Of a stretch of 64,000 nucleotides of DNA, positions 28,701-48,450 are shown one piece after another; position 1 is the stretch's first letter, and each line of letters begins with the position of its first letter. Origin of the DNA: Eledone cirrhosa (taxonomy: Eukaryota); assembly GCA_964016885.1 (NCBI GenBank), contig CAXHJY010001674.1, forward strand, positions 4,974 through 68,973, read 5' to 3'. The notes beneath the pieces are model-generated. The model was not told the DNA's origin. It ran no database searches and was given only the letters and a program-made list of their open reading frames with translations. Both the position numbers and the translations under genes were made by a program.

Positions 28701-31360
28701 AACATTGTTAAAGCGAGGATATTTTTCTATACGGAAATATATATAGGATATCTAAGTCATACTCTAGTATAGTTAACTGCGAATTCTAGTAAATATTCAT
28801 CATTTGACAGACTTATTCCGGAGTATATTCTTACATTACATTACTGCATTTTTGTGTATGAACTATTCACCTCGTTGATAAAGTACGCGAAATTTTAATG
28901 CGTGAATTGGATTTTATTTTCTTCTTCCATTCGATAAATGAGGTTTAGATAATTTCGGAGAATACATCGGTTTAGTACTGAGTAAGTAAATGGTCACCCA
29001 TAATGGTGAACATCCAGAAATAGGTATTTTCTTTTTTTTGACATAATCATATCTAATATGGTTTCATACACAACCCTATGTTTGCAATACTGGGAATATA
29101 TATATGTTTATATGTGTGTGTATGTGTATATATACCTATGTGAGTGTGCTTATATATACATATATATATATGTGTGTGTTGTGGGGGCACTTGCATGTGT
29201 GCGTGGACTTCAACATATGCACTACTGCCTAGCATACATAAAAAAACACTTTTACAAATACACATATGGAAACATAAACAATCATATATAAAGAATTATT
29301 GAAACAAACAGTTTTATCTTCTCTTCTAAGTTTTTTTTAATAGTTCCAATGCTTTATCCTTTTTCTTTCTCATTTTTTATACATTTAAAATATTTATAAT
29401 GTATTTCTTTTTAATCGTTGTCAAACATTCATAAAAAAGTTTTTTTAAATATTTGAATTCGAAATAGAAATATCCTGAGAAAATAACACAAATATATGTT
29501 ACAACCACCCACATATGTGTCGTATATATCTAAACAATAAAGATAAATAGGAAATGAAAAAAAAGTCAAACTGAATAAATCAGTATTCTAGTCTTTCAGG
29601 TTGAATAGATAATATCTTTGGGCTGTCAGTTTCGTGTTTCCAGAAATGTACAGTCATTCATGCAGTACCAGAAATCCACTAAACAATGGAAACATATTAA
29701 GTGGCAAACAAACAACGTACATAACTATGATGTCAACTTAAACGAAAGGAAACCGACGGTTCGTCTCAAGAAAGAAATATTGTAACACGCGACTTTATAT
29801 ATACCATGAAGTATATATATATATATATATATATACAAATATATATATAAATATATGTGAGTGTGTGTATTTATATGTATGTGAGTATGTGTGCTTTTGT
29901 AGTTCCTAACACCTATGCAACACATATGCCATAATAATGGTATTATGTTTGCATTAAAGGAAAAGAAAAGACATGTAATTTAATTGACATATACACGTGT
30001 TTCATGAAATATATATTCTCCGTATACAAATCAAGACGATGAGATAGAAACCGATGCCCGAATATCCACATATTGATACACCAACAACCGTTTGGAAAAT
30101 AATGTAGAAATAGTCTATTCGTTAGAATTTGTCATTCAACAGCAACAATTTGCAAACAGGACAACAGTTGGCAAAGAGTATGCACATCTTCATTGCCTTT
30201 TCGGGTCCATCGTGTCTGCGCTTTCTCTTTTCCCCCTTAATTTTGTGAAGTATGGAATATACATAGAGTGTGTATATATGTTAGTTGTATATGCGTTCAT
30301 TTATGTTTCAGTTATATGTGTCCATGGTATACTAAGTTGATTTTTGACGAGGAGTGAGTTATATATGTTTGCACTTATATGTGCTTTCTGTGGGAATGCT
30401 GACAGCCGGTGTAAGTTTGTGTGAAAGGAGTGGGTTTATGTATATGGTGTTCTATAGATTGTGTATGCGAAGACATTGTATTTGCATGCGTGGTTGTGTG
30501 TATATGTACTTCATTTCTTCGTTTGGTACTCGCTTGCACATGTTGTATATGTGTGAGCGTGTAGCTGTTCATGTCTATATGTGTACTAAAGACATGTGTG
30601 TCCTCTAATATACATGTGTGTGTGTGTATAAAACCACAACTGGAATGTGTGTGTTGTCACACGTGTGACTACGTTGCAAGTTTGTGTGTGTTTCGTTCGT
30701 TTCTAATTAGTACAGGTGTGTAAATGACAGGTGATATTTATATATGCTGTTGTTCTGTGTGTGTTAGATCGCGTTTTTAATTTGTCGGCATATTCAGTAA
30801 TGTATATTTGTTTGTATGTGTGTTTAGAATCTGGGTGTATGTGATTGTACCTCTTTGCAAGTTCGATAACTGGGTGTATATGTGTATTTGCATTTTTATG
30901 TGTCAATGTTGTCTGTAGTGTTTGTATTGGTTTATGTCCTAATAATAATGTAGGGGCATGTGTTGCAAACAATAGATTCATTATTCGTTTTGTCTGTGTG
31001 GTTAAACTGTTGTTATGTATGTTTAGGTGTGTGGTTTGTAACAAGATAGGTACAAGAAAATGTAGCCGGAAATTCTCTGCGAGGAAACAGTCGTGATTAA
31101 ATATGTTATGATAACGTCATTCAAACTGAAAGAAATAAGAGCCAAAAGCTCATTTAAATCACACCCACACTCGTTATAAGCATACTGAATTATCCACTCC
31201 ATATTCCCCAACACATAGAGAAAGGTGCCGAATTGTCACGATTGGAATAACGGTGCACATAAATATTCCCGTTCAGATTTCACTAGGAGTTAATTATTTG
31301 AACATATTTAATATTCCTTGTATATAGATGTAGTATATATCCTTTCAATTAATATTCTCA

Positions 31361-31490
31361 TGGGCGGCAAATTGGCAGAGGGTTGGAAAGCATGCTTTCC
31401 TGTATTCATTCCGGCTGTCTGCTCTTTAAGTTCAAATCACACCGGGGTCAACTTAGTGTTTCATGCTTCGATAAGAAAGGTACCAGTTTA
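31361..31490 (+). mobile_element. Diverged tRNA-derived SINE (related to 53451 family)
   Basis: gggcggcaaattggcagag head, aagttcaaatc B-box-like motif, ggtcaac..tttcat..tcgataa..gtaccag body. Confidence 0.6.
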
Positions 31491-32124
31491 GTCCTGTGGT
31501 TCATTACTCCTATATATCTCACTCACTACCTTTCTATCCTCCTTTGGAAGAAATCTGTAGTTTTCAAATCAGGAGAGGGTATTGCTCCGCCAGCCTTAAA
31601 ATAACCAGGAAATGCCATATGCCACTACAGTACCCCTACAACTTGACCTCGCGTTACGATACCATACATACATAGTTTATTTTGCTATGAGAAAAAAGGA
31701 ATATTTAAATATCTAAGTAGGGTCCGATTCGAGACGACCAGCAAAGTAAAATAGATTGTGGTGAACCGGGTACAAAATAACTCCCCCAAAACCATGTTTA
31801 TAGATATCGCATTTAAATAGACGTCATGTTCCTTTGTTCTATTCAGTATGACTTCTAAAAAACGTGTTATCTCCCTCCACCATATTTAAGATGATGAGTT
31901 GAAGGTTTATACAAATGATAAATTGAATCCTGTAATACACTTTTCAATGCTACGTAATTTGAAACACTTCTGAGAGAAGTATTTTTTTCTAAGGGCATAG
32001 GCAATTCTAGGATATCAACGAATGGAATTATCTATTTGCTATTGATATAGTAATTGTTATCAGCAATTGCTTTCCATCTTATTTCTCATACTACACAACA
32101 TTAATGTTCCCTTTACTTGCTGTG

Positions 32125-32250
32125 AAGGCGTGTGGCTGAGTGGTTAGAGAATTGAATTCGCCATCGTGAGGTTGTGAATTTGAATCATGGACCAGGCGAT
32201 GCATTATGTCCTTGAGCAAGACACTTTGTTTCTCGTTGCTCCTTCTACCT
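32125..32250 (+). mobile_element. tRNA-derived CORE-type SINE remnant
   Basis: A box tggctgagtggtt, degenerate B box, CORE-like tgtccttgagcaagacactt. Confidence 0.7.
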
Positions 32251-32408
32251 GGAGCTGCGACCGATAGATAGTATTAGCAATTGGAAAGACCAACGGAAAC
32301 ATTCTTTCCTAGGTCCGATTTGACGAAAGTCGATCCTTCCTTTAGTAACAGCTGTTACTAAAATTGCTTAAGTGGAACATAAAAGTCAAATATGTGCTTC
32401 ATGTTAAG

Positions 32409-32466
<58 letters not shown>

Positions 32467-34082
32467 GAATGTGTACTTTTAATATTTTGGGGGTTTCTCA
32501 ACGGCAGTAGAATCGCAAGAACCCTGAAATATCTGACTAATTATTAAATAGTGTTTGCGTAATCTCGTTGCATTATGAGTTCAAATACCGCCCAGCTCCC
32601 TACATTTTTGCAAAGTAATCGATTTTTAGCTCTTGTGCAAATATTTTAAAAAAATCATATATTCTAGATTTGTGGTTTTTATAAAATATGGTAATTTTAT
32701 ATATTGAAGAACTATAATATATTTATGTAGTAGACATGAAAATATATTGTGCTGCATTTGAATACATGTACTATTGTTTACCTTGAATTATTTGTATTCT
32801 GATTGAAGATCATTGCTAGATAAAATATTATTTTATTAAGAAGTTGTCGCTAAATTCAAATTATTGTTCAGATCCTTTGCGCACACCACCCACTCCTCGC
32901 ATCCTACAGGTGAAATATTTATAGACGCATTGATACAATTGATACAAAGTGATACATTTATTGAATCAAGGTGCTTAATATCACTTTATAAATGACAACC
33001 TCCCATTAATATACTGTTTATTAGTTTACTTGATTATGTAATCACTGGATTTAGAAAACATTCTTATCTTAAATAACTTCATTGATCATAGTTGTTTAAA
33101 CATCGATCGTGACTAATTGAATAGACTTATGAATATCTCGTCACCCTACCAGAAACAGTTTCATTTGTGCCACAATATAATGTTTTCCCAGTTCAAAGAA
33201 CTGATGTCTAATATGCGAGAAATATAGCAGATTTACTAGTACATCAAACAAAATAGAATCATGCGCTCTGTAAATGATATGCTGATCTATGTCTATTACC
33301 TGTCCTGCCTAATATCTCAGATCCACCCTGGTTTAGCTTTAAAATATGCCCCCTCAGTTCAAACAATATCGCTTCTAAAATGTGACACTACAGGGAAACG
33401 AAAGGTTAAAATGCCATGGAAATGTTGCAATCTCTGGTGAACATTTCTCGTATAAAAAAACAACAACATATTTCTTTTGATTCTGCATCATAGATACCCC
33501 ATAAGGTGTGTGTGTGTGTGTGCGTGTGTGTATGTGTCTGTGTGTGTGTGTGTAGATGTCGAGTCTTCTACAATGTTAAATGTAGTATTAATGGCATGGT
33601 GATTTTAGAATGATGCAATTCATAGAGGATATTTTATACATTCAACATAAGTAATGCACGAAATAGATCAAACAGAGTTTGTTGAAGTATTTTAGAAGTA
33701 GTACACACCCACACACAGAATATATCATATATATATATATATATATACACACGCGCGTGTGTATATGTGTCTTTGTGCGTATGTATGTGTGTATATATAT
33801 ATTTATGTTTGGTTATATATTGTCTATTATTCTGAAATGAAAACACTATCAATATTGAAGTAAGTGATGCATCGCTGCAAGTAATCCATCGCTGTTGATA
33901 TAATTTGTATGAGCTAATATTAGCAAGTACAGACACAGAAATTCAAACAAAATCTTAAACAGGAACAAAGACGTATACATATATATATATATATATATAT
34001 ACTTATTTATATATACAGTAGACATAGATGCAATTCAATCCAACTATATACCCCCCCACACACACATACATCTCCCTCTCTC

Positions 34083-34138
<56 letters not shown>

Positions 34139-34857
34139 TGCAGAGGTATATGTTTGTACGGGTGAGGTTGTGCATTCCAAGGAATATTCCGACGTAATTG
34201 TATTTACAAACAAACTTATAATCACATACTTTGACTACGATTGCTGATTAAACCTTTCACAATGATTGTATTGGGTGGAATGTGTTTCAAGTATCAAAAT
34301 CTTTCTATTTCGAGAGGAATTTCAACAATGACTTTTTTTGTTTAATTTATGAAGTTGACCGGATGAAGAAATCTAATGTACAATACGATGTTTTAATCCC
34401 CATATGACCAAGGATTTATTTTCCTTCGTACATGTATTTCTAAATGTAGCATTACATGAATAATTTAATTTATATATCGCCAGGAATTTGTATCTTGTGC
34501 GTGCGTAGATGTGTATCGAAATCTAAATCCACAAATATGTATGTAACTTAATCATGTAGATACATATTGAACCATCATATAATACTCAATATATACTATA
34601 ACTAATATATATATATATATATGCAAATACATTCATGCATACATACACACAAACACACACATTTATATATTTATATGCGTGTGCGTGTGCGTGTGCGTGA
34701 TCATTGTACTAATTTACAGTAGGAAAATGAGTATGAAATTTATAAATACCATTTTCATGGAGAATCTAACTAAGTACGTATTGAACCATCATGATATATT
34801 TCTTTGAGGTACTACGAAGTATTTTTATTCAAGTGCAGATTAGACTCGCGGACATTT

Positions 34858-34940
<83 letters not shown>

Positions 34941-35280
34941 AAATATATATATATATATATATAAATATATATATATATAAATATATATATAAATATATAT
35001 AAATATAAATATATATATAAATATAAATATATATAAATACAAATATATTTATAAATATAAATATATATAAATATAAATATATATATAAATATATATATAA
35101 ATATATATAAATATAAATATATATAAATATATATAAATATAAATATATATAAATAGAAATATATATAAATATAAATATATATAAATATAAATATAAATAT
35201 ATATAAATATAAATATATATAAATATAAATATATATAAATATAAATATATATAAATATAAATATATATAGAATATATAGA

Positions 35281-35586
35281 TAGAAGAAAGAAAAGGCACA
35301 GAAACGAAGAGAAGAAAGGAATCCCCAGTCACTGAAGAGGTCACAGAGTGTGTGACTATATATATAAACAACAAACAACTATCTGGTTGTGGAACCAACC
35401 AACCAACCAGAAATTTATAAGTTTGTAGATTTTTAAATTTATAAATTTATAAATATATAATAAATTGAAGTGAAAGCAACTGGTGCGTGTGTTTCTTATT
35501 GGCAACATGACCCTCCCAAAGTATAACAATATCGGTTTCAACACACGATTTCAGATAAAGAATCTTGCTAAACAAATTCAGAAACT
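35281..35586 (+). mobile_element. PLE-A solo pLTR fragment with long tail and deleted hammerhead
   Basis: Aligns to ~12750-12992 and extends to ...ttcagaaact; lacks gaaagaactatgac; flanked by (TA)n on both sides. Confidence 0.9.
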
Positions 35587-38007
<2,421 letters not shown>

Positions 38008-38969
38008 AGTTTCTGAATTTGTTAGCAAGATTCTTTATCTGAAATCGTGTGTTGAAACCGATATTGTTATACTTTGGGAGGGTCATGTTGCCAATAAGCC
38101 CCTGTAAAATAAGCCCCCATATTAACTGTAAAACTAGAAATGTAGTATATAGCATAAGATGTACTGAAGTACAATGTAGAAACAAAAATATAGTGTACAT
38201 AGGTGAGACAGCTCGTAGTATAGGGGAACGAATAAATGAACACTGGCGAGACCTCCAAGATAATAAAGAATCATCTGTGCTCTACCAACATGCTAAGATA
38301 GAACACAGGGGTAAATTAGAGAGCATAGAAATAAAAATAGAATCCACACACAAGAAAGACGCAATGTTTAGGCAAATTACACAGGCAGTAAGCATAAAAG
38401 AATTAAAACCAAAATTAAATAGAAAATATGAGTGGAACACCAACATCACAACTTACAATTAAGGACAAAATGAAAACACACACACACATAGAACAAACAA
38501 CTTACAATTGAAAACACACACAAAATGAAAACACACACAAGACAAAATGAAAACACACACACACATAGAACAAACAACCAACCAACAATAAATAAATAAA
38601 TAAACAAACAAATAGAAAAATATAAATAGAAAAATAGAAAAATGAACACAAACACACACAGACACCCGGATGTGGCGCATGCGCAAACTGAGCACGCAAC
38701 CCACACACAAACAAAATGGCGTAGGATAGAAGAAAGGAAAGGCACAGAAACGAAGAAAGAAATCCCCAGTCACTGAAGAGTTCACAGAGTGTGTGACGAA
38801 AGAACTATGACTATATATATATAAACAACTATCTGGTTGTGGAACCAACCAACCAACCAGAAATTTATAAATTTGTAAATTTATAAATATATAATAAATT
38901 AAATTGAAGTGAAAGCAACTGGTGCGTGTGTTTCATATTGGCAACATGACCCTCCCAAAGTATAACAAT
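38008..38969 (+). mobile_element. 5'-truncated PLE-A copy: inverted tail (38008-38098), GIY-YIG domain (to 38462), pLTR
   Basis: 38100-38969 is near-identical to 12125-12992. 38008-38098 is the reverse complement of the tail (cf. 35496-35586). Confidence 0.93.
38768..38812 (+). ncRNA. Minimal hammerhead ribozyme, second PLE-A copy
   Basis: AGTCA-CTGAAGA-GTTCACA gagtg TGTGAC-GAAA-GAAC-TA-TGACT. Confidence 0.8.
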
Positions 38970-42815
<3,846 letters not shown>

Positions 42816-42889
42816 AGTATGTATGTATACGTACATACGTATATGTATACAGACGTATAATAGCATGTGGAATGGTCGGTAGTATGTAT

Positions 42890-44220
42890 ACAGACGAACA
42901 GTAGTATGTGGAATGGTCGGTGAAAATATGCTCGTTTGTAGATAGAGGGGAAAGCCTTAAAGAAACTTTTCCTACCAGGTTCTCGGTTATGCTGGCAGAA
43001 TGGTTAGAATGCTTGCTTATGTAATTAAGCGTATCATTCGGCTTTCTATACGGGTAGTGCAAGCCATTCGAAATATTCAGGGTGACGTCGATGTAATTAA
43101 CGACCGAGAGGTTGACCTCAACCTGTATGGAGAGGTTGAAGCCTTTAAAGAAGGCTGTAGTTCATTTGTGAACCTGTTGCAAGTGCGTGGGCCGCACTTT
43201 GTCATGGTTAAAGACCGTGATCACGGTACAAACCACCGCCCACTTTGGGGAATTCTTCCTTGATAGAGAAAAGAAGGAAGAGGCCGATAAGATCAGTAAC
43301 CTCCGCAGAATTGCTGGCCCCCATACTCACATCGAACGGGGTACTATTAGATTTTTTAATCCAAATAGGGTCGTCGAAATTAATCACCGATTTACGGGCA
43401 TTGAGGATGACAAACTTCGAAATCCTTAACCACCGTGAGCGTTTTAGCGAAATTTATAGCTCTAAGAAGGAGTGGTAAAAAGGATTTAGGAGTAGTAATT
43501 ATTGATGTCGAATTGGATAAACGGCAATGTTCCTAGTTGCATATGCCGTTGAACAAGTCAATCACCGCGAAAGAATTGTTCCATAGTGCAAGTATAATTC
43601 TATCTAAAATCCTTTTACTAGGTCTACCTAAATCGGAATTTGTAGGGTTAATAAGCCGAATAGAGGGGTCGTTCGGGAAATTGGATGTATGATCTTTCAT
43701 GGTAAAGTGGTGAAAAATAGGGTCCAGAGGTTCAGTCCGGTCCATGATGTTGAGATCAGAGGTGATTTTAAACCCAGCATCGTTGATGTCATTAATGACA
43801 CTCTGATTAGTTTGACGGTAGTCCATAGTTACAGCATTATGTAGCATTTGATGGTAAGAACTGCGCTCCACTTGATATAGATTGCCAGTGTTGTCGGATT
43901 GGACGTGTACGGCATTAGAATCCTTAATAGAACAAATTCTATTCTTCAGGTCCTGCTGGAAGGAATTGCTCCTATTCCGAAATTTGATACTCCGTATGAT
44001 TTCAAAGACATCATTTTCGAAGGGTGGCAATGTTGGGTTATATATGTTTTATATATGTTTCCCGTTCTTAGCCAGGGAACGTTTCCACGAACCAAAATAT
44101 CGTCTTGTCTTCCTTCGGTTGCAAGGTTTTTCGAAATATTTATTTCTGCGTTCACAATTTTAGTTTCAGAAGATCCCTTTAAGGGTGAAAGCAGCGATTC
44201 TTTGCTTAAACTTTAATCTG
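42890..44220 (-). pseudogene. Second PLE lineage (YRDD-type, possibly Naiad-like): N-terminal and RT region, frameshifted and 3'-truncated
   Basis: FENDVFEIIRSIKFR..NSFQQDL, QSDNTGNLY, TMKDHTSNF..P.IRLINP, FDVSMGA..SAEVTDLIG, GLYRDHGL (catalytic D to H), [14 protein letters not shown]. Clade name is from memory. Confidence 0.85.
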
Positions 44221-44252
44221 TTATTTTAATAAATATATATATATATATATAT

Positions 44253-44622
44253 TAAATTAATATTTGATGAACATTTACATGTTATAGTTGCAATTGACTA
44301 ATAAGATCGCTAGAGTGAAAAATCTTAATTCAACAACATAAGGTCTGCCTGTACGATCTAGAAAATAATAAATCAATACTCACAGACTCATATGGGCCAA
44401 AAGGCTTTTTGCCCATATGAGTCTGTGAGTATTGATTTATTATTTTCTAGATCGTACAGGCAGACCTTATGTTGTTGAATTAAGATTTTTCACTCTAGCG
44501 ATCTTATTAGTCAATTGCAACTATAACATGTAAATGTTCATCAAATATTAATTTATACTGCTCAGAAGCGATTCCTAGAGCTGAAATGATTGTAAATGAC
44601 CTCTCTGGGTCTAAACTCTAAG

Positions 44623-44628
<6 letters not shown>
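44253..44628. mobile_element. 145-bp-arm perfect fold-back upstream of the PLE ORF (inverted pLTR structure)
   Basis: 44253-44397 is the reverse complement of 44411-44555 and the 13-nt centre also mostly pairs. The right arm extends ~70 bp to (TA)n. Confidence 0.92.
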
Positions 44629-44673
<45 letters not shown>

Positions 44674-45292
44674 AAAGTTTCACTCTACATGGCTGAATAG
44701 TATAAATGTATTCTGAGTTTTTCGAATATTGATAATAACATTCAATTCGTTTGCAAAACACAAGGGCAAGGATGAAGTGTACATCCTGCTGACATGGTTA
44801 TAAAATTGAGGCATGTTGCAAACGAATTGAATGTTATTATTAATATTCGAAAAAACTCCGATTACATTTATTGTATTCAGCCATGTAGCGCGAAATTTTC
44901 CTTTTTATTTGAATTTGGCAAAGCCGCCCATGTATCGCTCGTATACAGGAAACTGACTGGCCAGTCTGCTGATACGCAAATCTGGCTGATCAGTGGATCT
45001 GCAAATATGCAGATCTGACTCATCAGCCCGTCTGCTAATATGCAAATCAGGCCGTCAGTCACTGTGTATTTTTGAAAATATATTTTCACTAGCTCTGACA
45101 GTTTGGCAGGTGAACAGTGAGCTGTACTGATGGAGTGTGATTCCCAGACCCATTAGTTTCTGCAGTTCTGTTCGTATGCCAACATAAGAGCAAGAATCAA
45201 GTGTTCATTCTACTGACATGGCTATAAAATTGAGGCTTGTTTGCAAAATTGCAAACGAATTGAATGTTATTACTATTCGAAACAACTCCAAT

Positions 45293-45295
<3 letters not shown>
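44674..45295. repeat. Complex repeat between two (TA)n tracts: imperfect inverted repeat, direct duplicate and ~33-bp tandem units
   Basis: 44674-44757 inverts to 44816-44899; ~44760-44860 is repeated at ~45185-45292; ctgc..atatgca.atc units at 44965-45060. Confidence 0.7.
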
Positions 45296-45337
<42 letters not shown>

Positions 45338-45339
<2 letters not shown>

Positions 45340-45551
45340 TATTTCAAAATATTCATAAATATAGACATTCAACGTAATCAAAATATATTTTATTACATAT
45401 AATAAAATATATTTTGATGACGTTGAATGTCTATATTTATAAATATTTTGAATTAATATTAATAATTCCCTAAAATTTAATTGTTGAATGCTTCTAATCT
45501 ATTGTAAAACTGTATTCATTGATTAATCAATGAACCTTGTTTAACTTTTGG

Positions 45552-45553
<2 letters not shown>
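45338..45553. repeat. Fold-back insert (~53-bp arms, 45343-45452) with ~100-bp extension, inside (TA)n
   Basis: ttcaaaatatt..tagacattcaacgt.atcaaaatat / atattttgat.acgttgaatgtcta..aatattttgaa. Confidence 0.85.
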
Positions 45554-45609
<56 letters not shown>

Positions 45610-46638
45610 CTTATAGCCCTTGGGTATGCGTAGGACTGGTGTTCTATTTACATTTTACCGATGGATGTAATCCCATTGAGTATCAGTTCTCGAATGAGGA
45701 TTACTATTACCTTTTTTCTCTGGTTGAGTATTACCAAGAGTCTTAGGTCCGTCTCGAATCATCATTCTGAAATGTATGAATATTTGTTGAGGCATACACG
45801 TGTCTGAACCATTTTGTAAACCTCGCAAACCTCTCACATTCATCGAAGATAAAGGAATAGAGCCTTATCTGTAACATAATGTGATTCTTCTTATCATATA
45901 TTCTCGGCATGACATCCGATATTGCCAACACTTTCCTAATGTTGATTATGAAGCATTCTTAACTGTTCATTAACGCACCAAATTGTTTAACTGACCCAAT
46001 CAATGGGTAAATTTTTAATTGCTAGACCAATATATGGAACATTCTCACAAATATATAGCGTCTGAAGCAAAGAATAAACCGAGGAACATAGATAGAAATT
46101 TCATAGAATCGAATCCCGAGTAAAACTTTAGAATATCCTGAAAAACTATTTTTTTTTTTTTTATTGAAATTATGAAAAAAATTTAATGATACTTTCCATA
46201 ACAGATATGATTTCATGCAATCTTTTAAACGCTGATGAGGAGAGCCTGGTAAGGCTAACATTAGAAACATATAGAAAATTGTAGTTAAGTCGTATCTGCG
46301 CCGATGGAAATAGTTATTTCTTTTTTAATCAAAGCTTGCTATCTAATTCGTTCTAATATAAAAAACGGGGCAAAAGCTAACGTTTAGGATATCTTTAGGA
46401 TATCTTGAAAATAAATAGAAGTCAATCTTTTAAATATTCCAAAGAAAACAAATCTAAATCAAACAAAACCTTTGAACTTAGGTTTTGACATATATATTCA
46501 GTTGTGTTTCCCAAAATGCATTTTATGTTCCCTTATTTACTGTTAGAGAGAGAGTATATAATGGCATCTGTAAACTCGCTCCACGCACCTTAACACACTA
46601 TCGGAAATTATACTTTCGGTTATGATCTGTATTATAAT

Positions 46639-46816
46639 TGTTTCTACTATTGGCACAAGGCCAGCAATTACCCAGTACATTACTGGTACTTTAATGTATC
46701 GACCCCGTAAGGATGAAAGGCAAAGTTAACCTCGGCGGGATTTGAACTCAGAATGGCAAGGGCCGTAACTCTATGCGTCAAAGCATGGCGTCCGATACTA
46801 CCAATCCACCGCCCTT
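46639..46816 (-). mobile_element. tRNA-derived SINE (Meta-like central domain) with 16-bp TSD
   Basis: Minus strand GGGCGGTGGATTGGTAG..GAGTTCAAATCC..GCCTTTCATCCTTACGGGGTCGAT; TSD tgatctgtattataat at 46623-46638 and 46817-46832. Confidence 0.88.
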
Positions 46817-46989
46817 TGATCTGTATTATAATGAAGGTGAGATTACAATCACTATTTTCTTGGTAGTCCAGACAGTAATTTTTTAGAGAATGACATTGAA
46901 TATTCTCAACTTGCCACTTACTCTGTCACACAAGCCACATTACCTGTAACCAGTGCCTTATTAATTTCATTCAATGCAATTGATTTTAC

Positions 46990-48450
46990 TTGGAATATTG
47001 GTCCAATACACTCATAGCCCAAACATCTATTTTGAATGGCGAAATGGAATTATCACATGATCGCAATTGACACGTGCAAAGTGTCCGAACATGGAAGAGC
47101 CGAACTCCCACCATCATCGCCCCCCTCTTTCTGTATGGTGAGCAAATGGTGTCCCATATGCTGGCCGTCCCACAGCCCGGGCGGACGGAATAGAGAAGTC
47201 GTTTCCCCGGAGGATGGTAAAGGAGATGCGCTAGAAGAGCCATTCCATCTCGTGAGGATCACACCTGTGGCTGGCCAGGAGGTAGCACAAGGGCGAAGGA
47301 CACCAACAGTCTTCACTGCCAAGGGCACGACCGCAAACCTGTCTGAATGACTGGTACTTGGAGAGTTTTCCCTCCTCAGCCCGAAGTGCAGCGGAACCTG
47401 AGTTAGTCGCAGACTGCACCAGGTTGTGGCTGGAGAAAGTGTCCCTGCAAGTGGCATCCCAGACGAGGGATTTGCTCCAACGGAGCGAGAAGATGGTCAT
47501 ACCATCTGGACGTTTGCCGTCCCCTCGGTCCAGCCCCACCGGTTCGAGCTGAGAGGGGAAGCCGGAGGTCAAGCCTCAGGGAAACACCGTTGCACAGGCT
47601 ATCGTTGTCCAGCTGCAAGCCGGTTTAGACGGAAGATAAGGCATGGAACCAGGCACCACTGTGGGGTTTGGAGGCCGCGCGAATATAGGCAAGATGGTAC
47701 TGGTCGACCTGGCACGTGCACCTGTCTGAGGCCAGGCTGCACTGGATGGAATCCCAATTGCTTTTGGGGAACTTGACGTCAGCAGGGAGAGAAGGCAGGA
47801 CGCCTGTTGGGCTAAGTCCAAGCCGGTCCCTCGTCAAGCAGGTGGCCTCACGTTCCTCGATCACAGAGGATTCCATTGTTTTGCAGACCCCTGTTGATGA
47901 GGACGTGGCATGATGTTACCGACGAAAGAAACGACAGCAAAGCCAGTGTGATTGGGGACTGGAGGCCAAGACCACCACATCAAATAGGTAAGGTGGCCTG
48001 TTGCCATCCAATGTCATCAAACAGGCGTTGCATATCTTCTCAGCTACCACCTGGATACAAGTGGTGAGGTCAGTGAGGAGAGATGCGTGGTTGGATCACG
48101 GATCGTTGCGAAGGGTATGGAGGATCTTCGGCATGGCGAAGCAATTCTTCAACAGGAAATGTGCTGGGTGGCCGTCAATCAAGCCCAGTCGGCTCGTGAG
48201 GGTCTGGAGTTATTGGAGCCTAGAGCTGATGGTGGAGCGCATGGCCGCGGGTGGATCGGTGACCGGAGGATGAAGACATCCTCTTTGGGGGTCCCCTGTA
48301 CCTGGTGGAGAATGGACCGCATGTCCAAGACTGAGGCTGCAAAGCTCTCAGCATCGTCGTTGACATTCAGCGCCTCCGACTTGGACGAGTTCACCTGGAA
48401 GCCGATACTGATTGTAAGGCGTGGCAGACAGTCTCTACGGGTCCGCCCAA
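46990..48450 (-). pseudogene. Decayed CRE-like non-LTR retrotransposon (RT C-terminus + restriction-like endonuclease)
   Basis: HFLLKNCFAMPKILHTLR, QATLPI*CGGLGL, SGAWFHAL, GVSLRL, LEPVGLDRGDGKRPDGMT..LVWDATCRDT..GSAALRAEEGKLSKY, FAVVPLAVKTVGV; many frameshifts. Confidence 0.85.

Noticed and set aside
38049-38462. Standalone 137-aa GIY-YIG gene
   Set aside because: Its N-terminus comes from the antisense PLE tail fused to a truncated endonuclease; it is an inversion junction, not a gene.
44551-44600. Possible hammerhead (ctgctcaga-AGC..GCT-GAAA-tgattg-TA)
   Set aside because: The CUGANGA box is not matched and stem I is unconvincing.
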